64,000 bases of DNA, taken from Octopus sinensis. Lineage: Eukaryota. The stretch lies in contig NW_021834150.1 of assembly GCF_006345805.1 (NCBI RefSeq), forward strand, positions 10,968 to 74,967, read 5' to 3'. The notes under the pieces were generated by a model that was given only the letters and a program-made list of their open reading frames with translations, was not told where the DNA came from and searched no databases. The position numbers were made by a program, and so were the translations under genes. Of this stretch, positions 1 to 10,309 are shown one piece after another. Every line of letters begins with the position of its first letter. Positions within the stretch are counted from its first letter, which is position 1.

Positions 1-850
1 GAATTAAAAGAAAAGAAACAATTTGATGAAGAAACGCGTAATACGTTGTGCTCAATTTTAATGAGGACGAATGCCTCCCTTTCTGGAGAAAAATTTGGGA
101 TCAACATGAATCTAAGAATAGCAATTTTCTGATCACCACAAGAGTGACTGGATCAGAGAATATTCGTGCAGAATTTACGGATGAGGCAATTATTAAAATT
201 ATCAAGATGCTTCCTAATTGGAGAGCATGCGGGTGTGACGGAGCCTACAATTTCTTTATCAACAATTTTACATCAATTCATGGACATCTTTGTAATGAGA
301 TTCGCAAGATTATAAATAAAGACTTTACCCCTGATGATTGGTTTTATACGGGAATCACATATCTGATCCCTAAGAAGGACGTATGTGACTCCCCCAAGGA
401 TTTGAGGCCAATCACATGTATGCCTAATTTATATAGGTTGACGACGAAATGTGTAAACATAAAGTTTTCAGAGTATATTAATTCTTTTGGATTAATAAGT
501 GACAATCAACTGGGCACAAGAAGAATGTGCCAGGGTGCAAAAGAACAAGCCATAATCAACCAGTGTATTAACCAAGAGAATGCCAATAAATTATGTTCAT
601 CATGATTTCTTAGACCATTTGTTACAAAAGTCTGGACTACCTTATTGGATTGTCTGCTTTATTCAGAGTCTTATTAAGGAATGAAAAATACGATTGACTT
701 TTGAAAATAAATCATTGGGTGAAGTAAAAATAAGAAGAGAAATTTTGCAAGGAAACTTTTTGTCGCCACAGATCTTTGTGTTGGTATTTGACTTTTTGAG
801 TCGATGTTAAATGGAAAATACCCGAAAGTAACAATGGCTAATACCCAGAA
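1..850 (+). mobile_element. R4/Dong-like non-LTR retrotransposon, RT fragment (decayed)
   Basis: ORF 48-605 has WRACGCDG, LIPKK..PKDLRPITCMPNLYRL and NQLGTRRMCQGAKEQ. A degraded GILQG-SPQIFVL motif follows near 740-790. Same family as 51500-56873. Confidence 0.85.
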
Positions 851-1310
851 ATGCCGCCTTGTATGATATTGTCAAGCGCGCGCTTTACTCCGCTGGAATC
901 CCTTCGATCCTGGAGCCGGTTAAGTTAGACAGTGGTGACGGAAAACGTCCTGATGTGTCCACGCAATTCCCGTTCAAGGGGGGACTCGCTCTCGTTTGGA
1001 ACGTCACCTGTGTCGACTCGTTTTCCTCGTCATCTCTCATCGACTCTGCCTCCCGCCCTGGCTCAGCGTCCGCACATGCTGAAACAAAAAAAATCACATT
1101 GTATGCCTCATTGGAGAACACCAGCCTTTTCGTCCCTCTGGCTTTCGAAACGAGTGGGATAATCGGCCCAAAAGCTCTGGAGTTCCTTTCGGAAATCGGC
1201 TTGATGATCTCAAGGAAGAGTCACGAGAGACGTGAGTCTAGCTGGCTTTCTCGCGATATTGCGCGGAAACTGCCTGTCTATTCGCTCGTCCTCTCAATCA
1301 AAGAATTAAC
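850..1310 (+). mobile_element. CRE-clade non-LTR retrotransposon, C-terminal REL endonuclease fragment
   Basis: DGKRPD..ALVWNVTCVDSF..KITLY..PLAFETSGIIGP motifs in ORF 859-1353. Confidence 0.85.
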
Positions 1311-1671
1311 GTGGATCATTGAATTATTATTATTTTATGAAAACTTTTCATAATTGGCCACAAATTTTGATTTCAAATGCCATTAAATGCCATTTTCAGT
1401 TAATCAACTATTTGGTTGGGTGACGTCACTGAGTAGTTGTTGCCTAACCTAGTTAAGCGCTAGTCTTGTTTTGGTAAGGTGACCACTTCTATTTAACTGA
1501 CTAGTTAAGATAGGTTGCCTAGTCTAGTTAAGCGGCATAGATCACACTCTTGTCGAGAATTGCCATCAAATCATCGTTGCTCACTTACCGGGACTTGTGA
1601 AATGGTTCTCGGCTGGATATTTATCGGTATTAGGGTACATGAGATTTCAAATTGACAGAATATTTCATTTT

Positions 1672-2110
1672 TTATTTGGCTAAATAATTCCCGCCATTGA
1701 GGCTCTTATACCCTTGGTGTTCCTCCAAGACATTGACTAGGTCACCACACACAGGGGTGTTAGTCGCCGACTTGTTGTAGTTGAGTTCCAGACCCACGGC
1801 CTTCATGAAACCTTCCAAGACTTTGCCCATCGAATGGAGGATCTCTGAAGACCGAGCGAACAGTTTAATGTCGTCTATGAACATGAGATGGTTGGTGCTA
1901 AAACACCCTCATTCATGTTCGATCGACATTTGTTCGAATTGGGCAGTGAGGACTCTACTCAGCGGTTCTAGTTCGAATTTAGAATTCAAATTTTCAAGTA
2001 TGACATTCCAACCACCCCTAGGGACACGCCCTCGATTCGATAGCTTTGACACACGTGCTTTTGGAACGTTCTTCGATTTGCCTTATTGAATTTTTTTTCT
2101 GAATGCCATA
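1672..2110 (-). mobile_element. Internally deleted R4-like retrotransposon (N-terminal RVPRGGW motif fused to RT)
   Basis: LEPLSRVL..FSTNHLMFIDDIKLFA..GLELNYNKSATN with an in-frame TGA. The upstream RVPRGGWNVILENF matches RVPRGGWPLMASYFNSKF in the R4-like copy at about 51770. Confidence 0.75.
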
Positions 2111-2184
2111 ATATTAGTAATTTTATTAATTACAAATTTTATTAAATTAGTTAAAAATTACTTTGTTGCAATTTTTGCCACCAA

Positions 2185-3642
2185 ATGGGTAAGAAAAACA
2201 GCAAAAATAGAGGAAAAGGAATAGAAAAGACGATAATAAAAACCGAAAAAAACGCATCCAAAAAAGAAAAGAAATTGTGTGCCCAATCAGGAGAGGTTTT
2301 GTTAACACCTATACTAAAAGAAATTCATCGACGACATGTTATCAGAATTTCTCCTCATAAACTCGAGAAAATCGAGCACAGTCTTTGAGAACTGTTCCCC
2401 TCCACGTCCTCGGTCGTGCTTTTCCCTCGTCGCCCATCCGAAATGGGACCTCATTTTTCTTTTTGGAGGAGAGTGGTATTCTAAGCACGCGGTCGAATTC
2501 CTCGACGACCTTTTTTGCTTCCATGTCATAAAGAAACAATGGACTCAAATTGTCGCCCCCAAAGGCCCTCTCCCACGCTCGTCCCATCAGGTAACCTTTT
2601 TTAATAGTTCAGATGGTCTGCTCTGGGGACAGTTTATGGGTCTTTGGCGGGGAGTTTATCAACCCCACCGAATCACAGTTCCACCACTTTTCTGATCTCT
2701 GGAAGTTTTCGATTCCCTCAAAAACTTGGGAGGAGGTCAAATTCCCAGGAGGCCCTTTGGCCAGGAGTGGCCATAAAATGACCTTTTGGGAGAGAAAAAA
2801 TTGTCTTTTAATTTTTGGCGGTTTTCAAATAACAAATTCGTTTAATTTCCGTCGGGAATTTCTAATTTTAGTGTGTCTCGGTGGTTCAATGATCTCTTTG
2901 CGTTCGACGTTGTGCATAATATGTGGATTCCGTTAGTTTCGAAGGGAGACTGTCCCTCACCCCGATCGGGAGTGGCTTTCAGTTGTTTATCGACTACTGA
3001 GGACCGCTTTTTCATATTTGGGGGATACTCAGACGGGAATGTTCTTGATGACTTGTTCTCACTCACTCTCCAACTTGGTAAACTCGACTGTTTCTATCCC
3101 CACAGTTCCTGGTTGTAAAGTCATTGCGACTTACTCTCGGATATATATAGAAGGGAAGAATAACCCAAGTCCTCGGTCAGCATTTGGTTTTTGTTCTATT
3201 GGTCCTGGACGTGTTGCCGTCTTTGGCGGTTCGGGGAGGGAGGTGAGTGGTAATCCGCAACCAAAGTAGGACGGAGAACAATCAGAGACGTACGAAGATC
3301 TGTTCGTGTTAGATGCAGTTCGAAAGAAGTACTTTCTTCCGACAGTTTGCCCACAAGTGCATCCTCGGCCACGAGAAAATTGTTCGCTGTGTTATAAAAG
3401 CGGATTTATTTATTTGTTTGGAGGTTGCCTTGGTTGATTCAGAGTAGGCTATGTCGAGTCGAGGACAGGATGGGAGATGTTTGGGGACTTTTATTGCATT
3501 GATGCATTTAAGCTCAACTCCTGGATTTTGTTAGGGACACAGCCGGATGATGCAATGGTTGGTATGTTTGTCTTATGTTAAGATCGAGTTGAGCCAGTCT
3601 GACGAATCATCCGAAGAGTCATCTATGGACATTTCACAATAA
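2185..3642 (+). CDS. KLHDC4: Kelch domain-containing protein 4 orthologue, about 424 aa, 8 exons
   Basis: MGKKNSKNRGKGIEKT N-terminus, LFGGEWY, PRSSHQ, WVFGGEF, ARSGHKM, PRSG, acidic tail. The frame is continuous after removing GT-AG introns 2296-2320 (25 nt), 2591-2612 (22), 2840-2871 (32), 3078-3105 (28), 3243-3269 (27), 3424-3447 (24) and 3558-3582 (25). Confidence 0.9.
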
Positions 3643-3682
3643 TTTTTTATTTTGTCACTAAATGGATTATAGGTACCGCCAG

Positions 3683-4150
3683 TCAACTACGGATTTGACT
3701 TGGTTGGAACAAATCTACTGTATCTTCAAATTTTTGGACCAACTGGAAGATTTTCGATAACCAGCGCAAATTCGAAACATCGCCAGAGAAAATAGAATCG
3801 CAAACTACTTTTGTTGCATTTATATGGAATACTTTTCATATAGCATCCTATTAGCAGGAAATATTTGCATCGAGTCACTCCCATAATCTATTTCCTTGAG
3901 AAAGGGAATTCCTGCAGACCATCTGGATAAAATTACATCGACTGTCTCTTATTTGGCGTGTGAACCAATTCCGGTTCAGGACAGTCATCAAGCTTACCAA
4001 AGACAATAACATTGACTGCGTAACACGGCGCTTATTTAAGGACGGACCATGTCTGCTTAAAAATCAAATTGTTTAATAACAGTTAAAAACCATATATCAT
4101 GCAATACATTGGCATGCGTGCCATTGGTGTCACTTTTAAACCTTTTGAAT
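3683..4150 (-). CDS. Candidate orphan spliced ORF (3' part of a convergent host gene, 5' end not found)
   Basis: Removing GT-AG segments 4056-4090 (35 nt), 3888-3919 (32) and 3808-3832 (25) gives about 125 open codons ending at TGA 3683-3685. The region is less AT-rich than neighbouring intergenic DNA. No recognisable homology and no ATG. Confidence 0.33.
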
Positions 4151-4174
4151 ATCTTTTTTTAAGTATTAAAATAT

Positions 4175-5039
4175 GTCACAGTCCGATAAAGAAACACGCC
4201 GTTAATGAAACGCCAACATCAAATTGACAAAAAATCATATCGAAAAAAATATAAACTAATACAAATCGTCATTGGAAATGATTAATTAGTATAGATTTTG
4301 ACCGTCCATAGAATGGACACGCCGTTAAATGGACACTAGGTGCTTTGAATAGGGCAACAAGGTAATGTAAAAAAATATATTTATAAAATGATTTAAAATT
4401 TTAACATGATTTAAAATTGAAATAACTTAAATTTTCCATTGAATCCCATAAAATAATTTATAAGTAGACCTTTATAGAAAAAGTAAAATCAATGAATACT
4501 GAACGCTAATTTGGTTTAGGTTGTGAGGGGGGGTAATAATTTGACAGATCTCATTGCTATTTCTCGTTTCAATCTCTAAAATTAGGTCTTCTAATTTTTT
4601 TTTTATTTACAAAAACAACTAAGACCGAAAATCGTTAAGTTCCAGCGGCGAGGACGCAGTGTGCGTTGCCCCGAACAATGGCCAGGCCGATGCGCTGGCG
4701 GAACCAGAGGCCCTCTCTCGAGTCCTTGAGCCTCCTCCCGATGGACTTCCCGACCTCTTTGAGGAACGAGTCAGTCTCCTTTCCTGCAACTCCAGCGGTC
4801 TCCAGGGCGATTGCCGTAACGCGGTAGCGGTCTGCGAGCGAAGAATATTTGTGTATTTTGATCTTTTCGGCGTGGTTTGCAGCCGAACAAGGGTTTGCCG
4901 CAGAAGAATGGATCCTCGATTTCGAAAAAGTATCCACAACGGTCTTCTAATCACAAATGAACTGTGCAGACAAAATCAATTTTTTTCTAATTTGATGTTG
5001 GCGTTTCATTAACGGCGTGTTTCATAAACCGACTGTGAC
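4175..5039. mobile_element. Non-autonomous TIR element (MITE-like) with a nested CRE insertion
   Basis: About 50-bp TIRs (GTCACAGTC..GAAACACGCCGTTAATGAAACGCCAACATCAAATT). Flanking direct repeat AAAATAT(G) at 4168-4174 and 5040-5046. Confidence 0.85.
4595..4940 (-). mobile_element. 5'-truncated CRE-like retrotransposon insertion with poly(A) tail and TSD
   Basis: REL tail AIALETAGVAG..IVRGNAHCVL, short 3' UTR, A10 tail. TSD GGTCTTCTAA at 4585-4594 and 4941-4950. Confidence 0.9.
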
Positions 5040-5149
5040 AAAATATGATAGGATATTAATTCTTTTTAATAATTTTAACATTTTTTTTTATTAAAATGGT
5101 ATTTGAATAATTTTTAAGCATACTCTTAGTAAAAAAATCAAGGCAAGCT

Positions 5150-5470
5150 AAATCAAATGGCAGAGCATTTCAAAATTCATGGATTAAAGAATATGGATTG
5201 CTGAACATTTGTTAATATTTTATTTTTAGGAGACAAAGCTTTATATGTGTTATGCTCCGGCCAATTTGCTTGCCGAACATCTTCTATAAAACGCTATTTT
5301 TAAACTACTCACAAGTCATTAAGGATGAACAAAGATTAACAATTGCATTTCAGTTTAAAAAGAACTTAACAATCAGAATCACTCAGAACACTCGTTAACA
5401 GTGTATCTGATTCAATCAGTGCTAGTTACGTTATTTCTAAAGATTTATTATTCGTCGTCTTGATTCATTT
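5150..5470 (+). pseudogene. hAT (SPIN/GTF2IRD2-like) transposase N-terminal relic
   Basis: RAFQNSWIKEYG..GDKAL..LCSGQFACRTSSIKRYF and SASYVISK, with stops and shifts. Confidence 0.55.
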
Positions 5471-5559
5471 TATTTCTTTTTTGACCACTTTCTTATTGAA
5501 ATTGAGAAAAAGATTCATTTTATTATTATTTAAAGCACGTTCACAGAACCAAAGAATGT

Positions 5560-6720
5560 AAATTAAATAAAGTCCCGATTGTGCTGCACGTTTTGTGTCT
5601 TTTGTAATGTTTGCGGGAGTGTTTATGTCCATTCTAAGCACGTGCCCAGATAGCCTCAGCTTGATTCGATAATTTTAGTGCTTATGGAAGCGATTATGTC
5701 ATAGATTACAATTTCTTGTTGTAATTCTTTTTTAGCCAATCTAGGCCGAGTAAATTGCGCAAAAGCTTTTGATAAAATGTGTCCATTTTCTAGAGTTCTA
5801 ACTCTGTGACTCCCCATGTACTCGAGTTTTATACAAGTTTCGTCTTTATATACGAGTAGTATAGCCTTATTCGTAGATTTGTTTTGATTAGCTTTGGTCA
5901 ACTCCATATTTGTTGCATTTTCTTATACATTGCACTGGCTGGGACTCTTCTATACATCATGTCTAGGGATTCCATTTTCCTTTTTTTCTCCCAGTTTTCA
6001 TAAATACGTTTTAATTCCCTTGTGATTCTTATGTGTTCGGTCTTTTCCTCATTAACATGCATGGAATTTTTTTCAAAAACAAGTTCAAGTTCCAAATACT
6101 TTCCTGACACAAAGTTTATGTCATCTGCATATATAATTTCCATCGGCATTGATCCTTCACATTTAGTTCTGAAATCTCTCAGTGAGACTTCCAGGTATAC
6201 GATAAATAAAACTGAAGATAGAGAGTCCCTTTAAGGTGTTTCAACTGTAGTCCGAAAGGCATCGATATCATGTTTCAGTACTAGACAAAAAAACGTATCA
6301 GCCTCGTATTTCATTAAGAAAACTCTAATTCATGCTAACAATATCAAAATCACTGGACACGTTCACCCCTAGTATTTTAAAATCACTCTTGTATCGTTGA
6401 CACGTGGCAAATATCCATCTGTGGGACCAGACGACATCTGAGGTCAAGCGACTTTTTGTGAATCCGCACTGTCCCGGTGCTAGACGTTTGGAACGTTGTG
6501 CGGCGTCGTACGCTTATTCTATGGGTTGTTATGCTATGGATTTCTCCAAGAGCTTGAATTTACTTTATCTTGAAGTAAATGTCAACTGATGTGGCTCGTA
6601 AGCCAGAGGAGTGTGAGGATCCTTAAAAGTCTAGACAGATTCGATAGGGATCCAGAAACTTCCAACTGGATCCGGTTAGCATGGAAAGAGACACTTCGAT
6701 GCCTTGTTTTTATCTCCCCG
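5560..6720 (-). mobile_element. RTE-like non-LTR RT relic
   Basis: LAPGQCGFTKSRLTSDVVWSHRW (~6480), SSVLFIVYLE, EIIYADDINFVS (~6100), SGHVLRMDINTPAN (~5630). Related to the copies at 20342 and 45064. Confidence 0.8.
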
Positions 6721-6938
6721 TTAATAATCTTTTGTTTATTTTTAGGTTATGGTTTTTCTTGAACAAATAAAAAACTATTCTATTCTATCTTCAAAAAGGG
6801 ATAATTTGATTTTAAATCATTTTTGTTGAGGAGTGAATAATACCTGCCTAGTTAAAAATACCATTGCTTTTTTGGAGTCCAAAAATATCCTAAATGAATA
6901 ACAAGGTCTCTACATGGTTAGAGTAAAACGATGATATA

Positions 6939-8257
6939 TTATTCTCCACATAAACCAATAAATATTTTAGCAATGATATCAGCAGAGGAGAGCCTGAAAT
7001 GAACATCATGAATGAGACAATCATCCCGGCACTGTTCAATAATCTGTCTGTAATTCCAACTAGTATTTGCCTCCAACGCCTCCTTGATTATACACCCAAA
7101 AGCGTAGATATCGACAAGTATGTAGCTATCCAATCGATAGTTTATATTCCCTTCCCACAACTCGGGCGCCATGTATGCAGGGGATCCCACTTTTGAATGA
7201 CAAAGACGACTCTCCTGAGGTAGCTTGAAGCAATGGGCAAATTCAAAGTCACAGAGGACGACATTCTTGCAGTCATCTGAGACCAGAAAGTTGTCAGGTT
7301 TTATGTCTCTGTGAACTATCGAACGCGAATGAATATAAGCCACAGAAGTTGCGGCACATGCTATCAACCAATGTAGGTTTCCAGGATTTGAATTTTTCTA
7401 CGAATAAAATCCAGTTTTCTACATTATGTATGTGCCAGGACAGTGATGCTTGGCTGTGATACTCTGTCAATAGTAATTGAGGAGATTCTGTAAAACCAAC
7501 ACAGCCTACGCAGTGTTGCCGGTGGTCCTTTGAAATGGAAAGATACTCAAATATTGTCAGCTCATTGTGAAATAAATCGCTGTTCGCGTATCTTTTAATA
7601 GCCACGTCATGATTGCTAAATTTCCCATGTAAAATCCCACTTTCATTTAATAGGAACTGTAGCGTAAATATACATAATAATACTTTCAGATTAGTTAATT
7701 GTTTTGGTTTAATTAAATACAGTTTTCTTGATTTTCTTAATATATTCTTATAGTCTTGAGTGTTTCTGCGTGGCTCATTCCATTTGTGATTTAGATAGAC
7801 ACCAATAATTGTAAAGATACTTGAAATTGCAAAAATGATTACAAAAAGTTTCATTGAGTTGTTCTCATGTTTGATAATTTCTGTATTATTGATACTTTTG
7901 GTGGTGTTGAGAGGCCATTGCACAGGACAGTCTTTGCTACAGCAACACATGATGGTCTCCTCACTTGTTTTGAAACTGCCACATTTGTTGATCACGTGTA
8001 TTTTATCTGTGAAAAACGTGGCACAATTGACATTTTCAGCGCATTCTTCATGTTTCTATGTTTGATTAGAGCAAATATACGAGTCTTTTCATCGAATCAA
8101 ACACAGCAAGACAAACTACGGACTCGCCCCAGCAGACTTTATGCTCCCTGCTTTTATCTGAATTTGGCAATGGGCATTTTATTCGTGTCAGGAGATGTAC
8201 TTCGTGAATTACGATTAGAACGATTTGAAATTTAAAAATAAAAAATGTGTTTAACAT
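6939..8257 (-). CDS. TGF-beta/BMP/activin family type II-like receptor Ser/Thr kinase (about 413-422 aa)
   Basis: Hydrophobic N-terminus, 10-Cys ectodomain ending CCCSKDC, TM segment MKLFVIIFAISSIFTIIGVYL, then VAIK, HRDIKPDN, CDFEFA and VGSPAYMAPELWEG..VDIYAFG. Introns 8056-8080 (25 nt) and 7398-7422 (25 nt) join the ORFs. A probable in-frame intron lies at 7657-7683 (27 nt). Confidence 0.85.
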
Positions 8258-8373
8258 AAAATTAATGTAATATCACAAAATTTATTATTATATATAAATT
8301 ATTTTTGTTATAAAAATTAATTCATTAAATAGCATTAATAATTTAAATCGACACTGTTCTTTCTCAAATAAAT

Positions 8374-9195
8374 ATGATCGACACTGTTCTTTCTCAAATA
8401 AACGAACAGAGGAAATCATTTGCTGTGGATGATTGCGTCGTCGTATGGGAAAAGCTGGGATTGCCATCTGATGTGACCTGCCAATCGGAGTGGACGTCGA
8501 AAGTCCACGCCAATACGTTTTCATGCCTAAAGGAAACCATGGACCAGAGAAGGTTGGCTTGTTTACAAGCGGGCAGCCAGCCCCTAAGCGGCGCGTGGCT
8601 AAACTGTTGCCCTTGTAATACAACTGGCTGCCTTCTTAATGATGAAGCCGTAAGAATTGGAGTTTGTCTGCGCCTCGGTCTACGCGTTTATGAAAAACAC
8701 CAATGCCGGTGCGGCGTGTGGACTGACGAGTTTGGATATCACTCCCTCTCATGTCGAAACGGAATTGGACGTTCCTCACGGCATTCCTAACTGAACCAGA
8801 TCGTCTGTCGATCTCTTCGAACTGCTGGATTCTACACACAATTGGAACCTGGAGGGATTTTCGTAGAGGACGGCAGAAGACCCGATGGGATGACCACATT
8901 TTCGTTCCAGAGGGGAAAGTGTCTGGTTTGGGACGTCACGTGTGTGAACTCCTTCTCCAATCAGAATATCAAATTATGCATCGAGAATCCTGGAGCCCAG
9001 TCTGAACGGGCTGAGAAGAGAAAAGCTGAGAAATACGCTGGAATTGGGAATGGGAGAGTGTTTGTCCCCCTGGCAGTTGAGACGTCAGGAATACAGGGGC
9101 CTTCTACTCGGACCCTACTCCAGCGCATTGCCTCATTAATCGAAAGAGTTACCGGCGACCCGTGTGAGCACCGGTATTTAATCGAAAGAATATCG
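8374..9195 (+). mobile_element. CRE-like retrotransposon C-terminal fragment (zinc knuckle plus REL)
   Basis: SGAWLN..LRLG..CRCG..HSLSC, one in-frame TAA at 8788, then RRPDG..WDVTCVNSF..LAVETSG. Confidence 0.9.
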
Positions 9196-9199
9196 TTAT

Positions 9200-9670
9200 T
9201 GTGCGACCAACGTTCGTTTAATCTGTGGACCCTTTGTTGGACCTCCTCGATTCACCTCCTGTTGGACCACGATAGCCACGGTGCCCATCATCCGCAGACG
9301 TATGAAATGGACGGTTCAAAGTATCGTCGGTAAATATACGCCAATACCGAATGGGAACTGTTTTCTATAACGGATAGGCTTCTGAGCACGTTCAGTGTAT
9401 TAAGAATAGGAAACGCTATTGCTTAAAGCCAAACAAGAGTTTATGTAGTTTCTAAATTCGGAAGCAAAACACACCAAGCGGATCCCGCTTGTCATCCTGA
9501 CTTCACAATCCTTTTTATCTAACTCAGAAACTTAGCGATCACTAACTCAAATTTTCAAATCAAGAAGGTCCTAACTCCCTACCCTCCCAAAATGTGTAAA
9601 CGTTGCATTTTGTGGAGACTCATAACAAGCTTCTTTCTTGTATGTACCTGTACACTTGATATACCGATAA
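9200..9670 (-). mobile_element. CR1/Jockey-like RT thumb relic
   Basis: LVMSLHKMQRLHILG, RD(P)LGV and YRRYFEPSISYVCG*WAPWL..IEEVQQRVHRL on the minus strand. Confidence 0.6.
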
Positions 9671-9681
9671 TGTTATAAGGA

Positions 9682-10305
9682 ATGACTCTATACCTAAGAG
9701 CGTGGCTCAATGCATGTCCTATCCCTTCAGTCGGAAACAAACTGGACGACGAGACATTGCGAATTGCGATCTCCTTACTCCTTTGCATGAAGATCTGTCG
9801 CCAGCACCGCTGTAGTTGCGAGGCTTCCGTTGACGAATTCGGACGGCATGCTCTCTCATGCAGACGCAGTGCAGGCCGGTTTCCAAGACATCATGCAATG
9901 AACCTAATTGTCAAGAACGCTTTGCATGCAGCTGGTTTCCCGGCACAGCTGGAGCCTCCTGGTCTCATCCGCACAGACGGAAAAAGGCCTGATGGGATAA
10001 CAATTTTTCCGTACACCAACGGGAAGTGCCTTGTTTGGGACTGCGCCTGCACCGACACCTTCTCAGAGACAAACCTGATCGCCTCAGCCTCCTTTCCAGG
10101 ATATGCTTCACAGAACTACGAAAAAATTAAAAAATTAAAATATTCAGAGCTCAAGGACAGGTTCATAGTGCAACCGATTATTGTGGAGTCATCTGGAGTC
10201 TTCGGTCCGGAATCAATCTCTTTCATTAGGAAACTTGGATCCTTGATCTCGGTTCAGACGAAAGATAGAAGGGAGACCGAATGGCTGTTTCAACAAATTT
10301 ATTTT
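9682..10305 (+). mobile_element. CRE-like retrotransposon C-terminal fragment (second family)
   Basis: AWLNACP..CSC..HALSC..RHH..KRPDG..WDCACTDTF..VESSGVFG. Confidence 0.9.
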
Positions 10306-10309
10306 GGTT

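Noticed and set aside
1975-2110. First exon of a host gene divergent from KLHDC4
   Set aside because: The RVPRGGW motif matches the N-terminus of the R4-like element at about 51770, so it is TE-derived.
9250-9345. Gypsy integrase (HHPQT) or Penelope RT (WRIFTDD) motifs
   Set aside because: Both are short chance matches. A third frame on the minus strand gives a longer coherent CR1/Jockey-like thumb.
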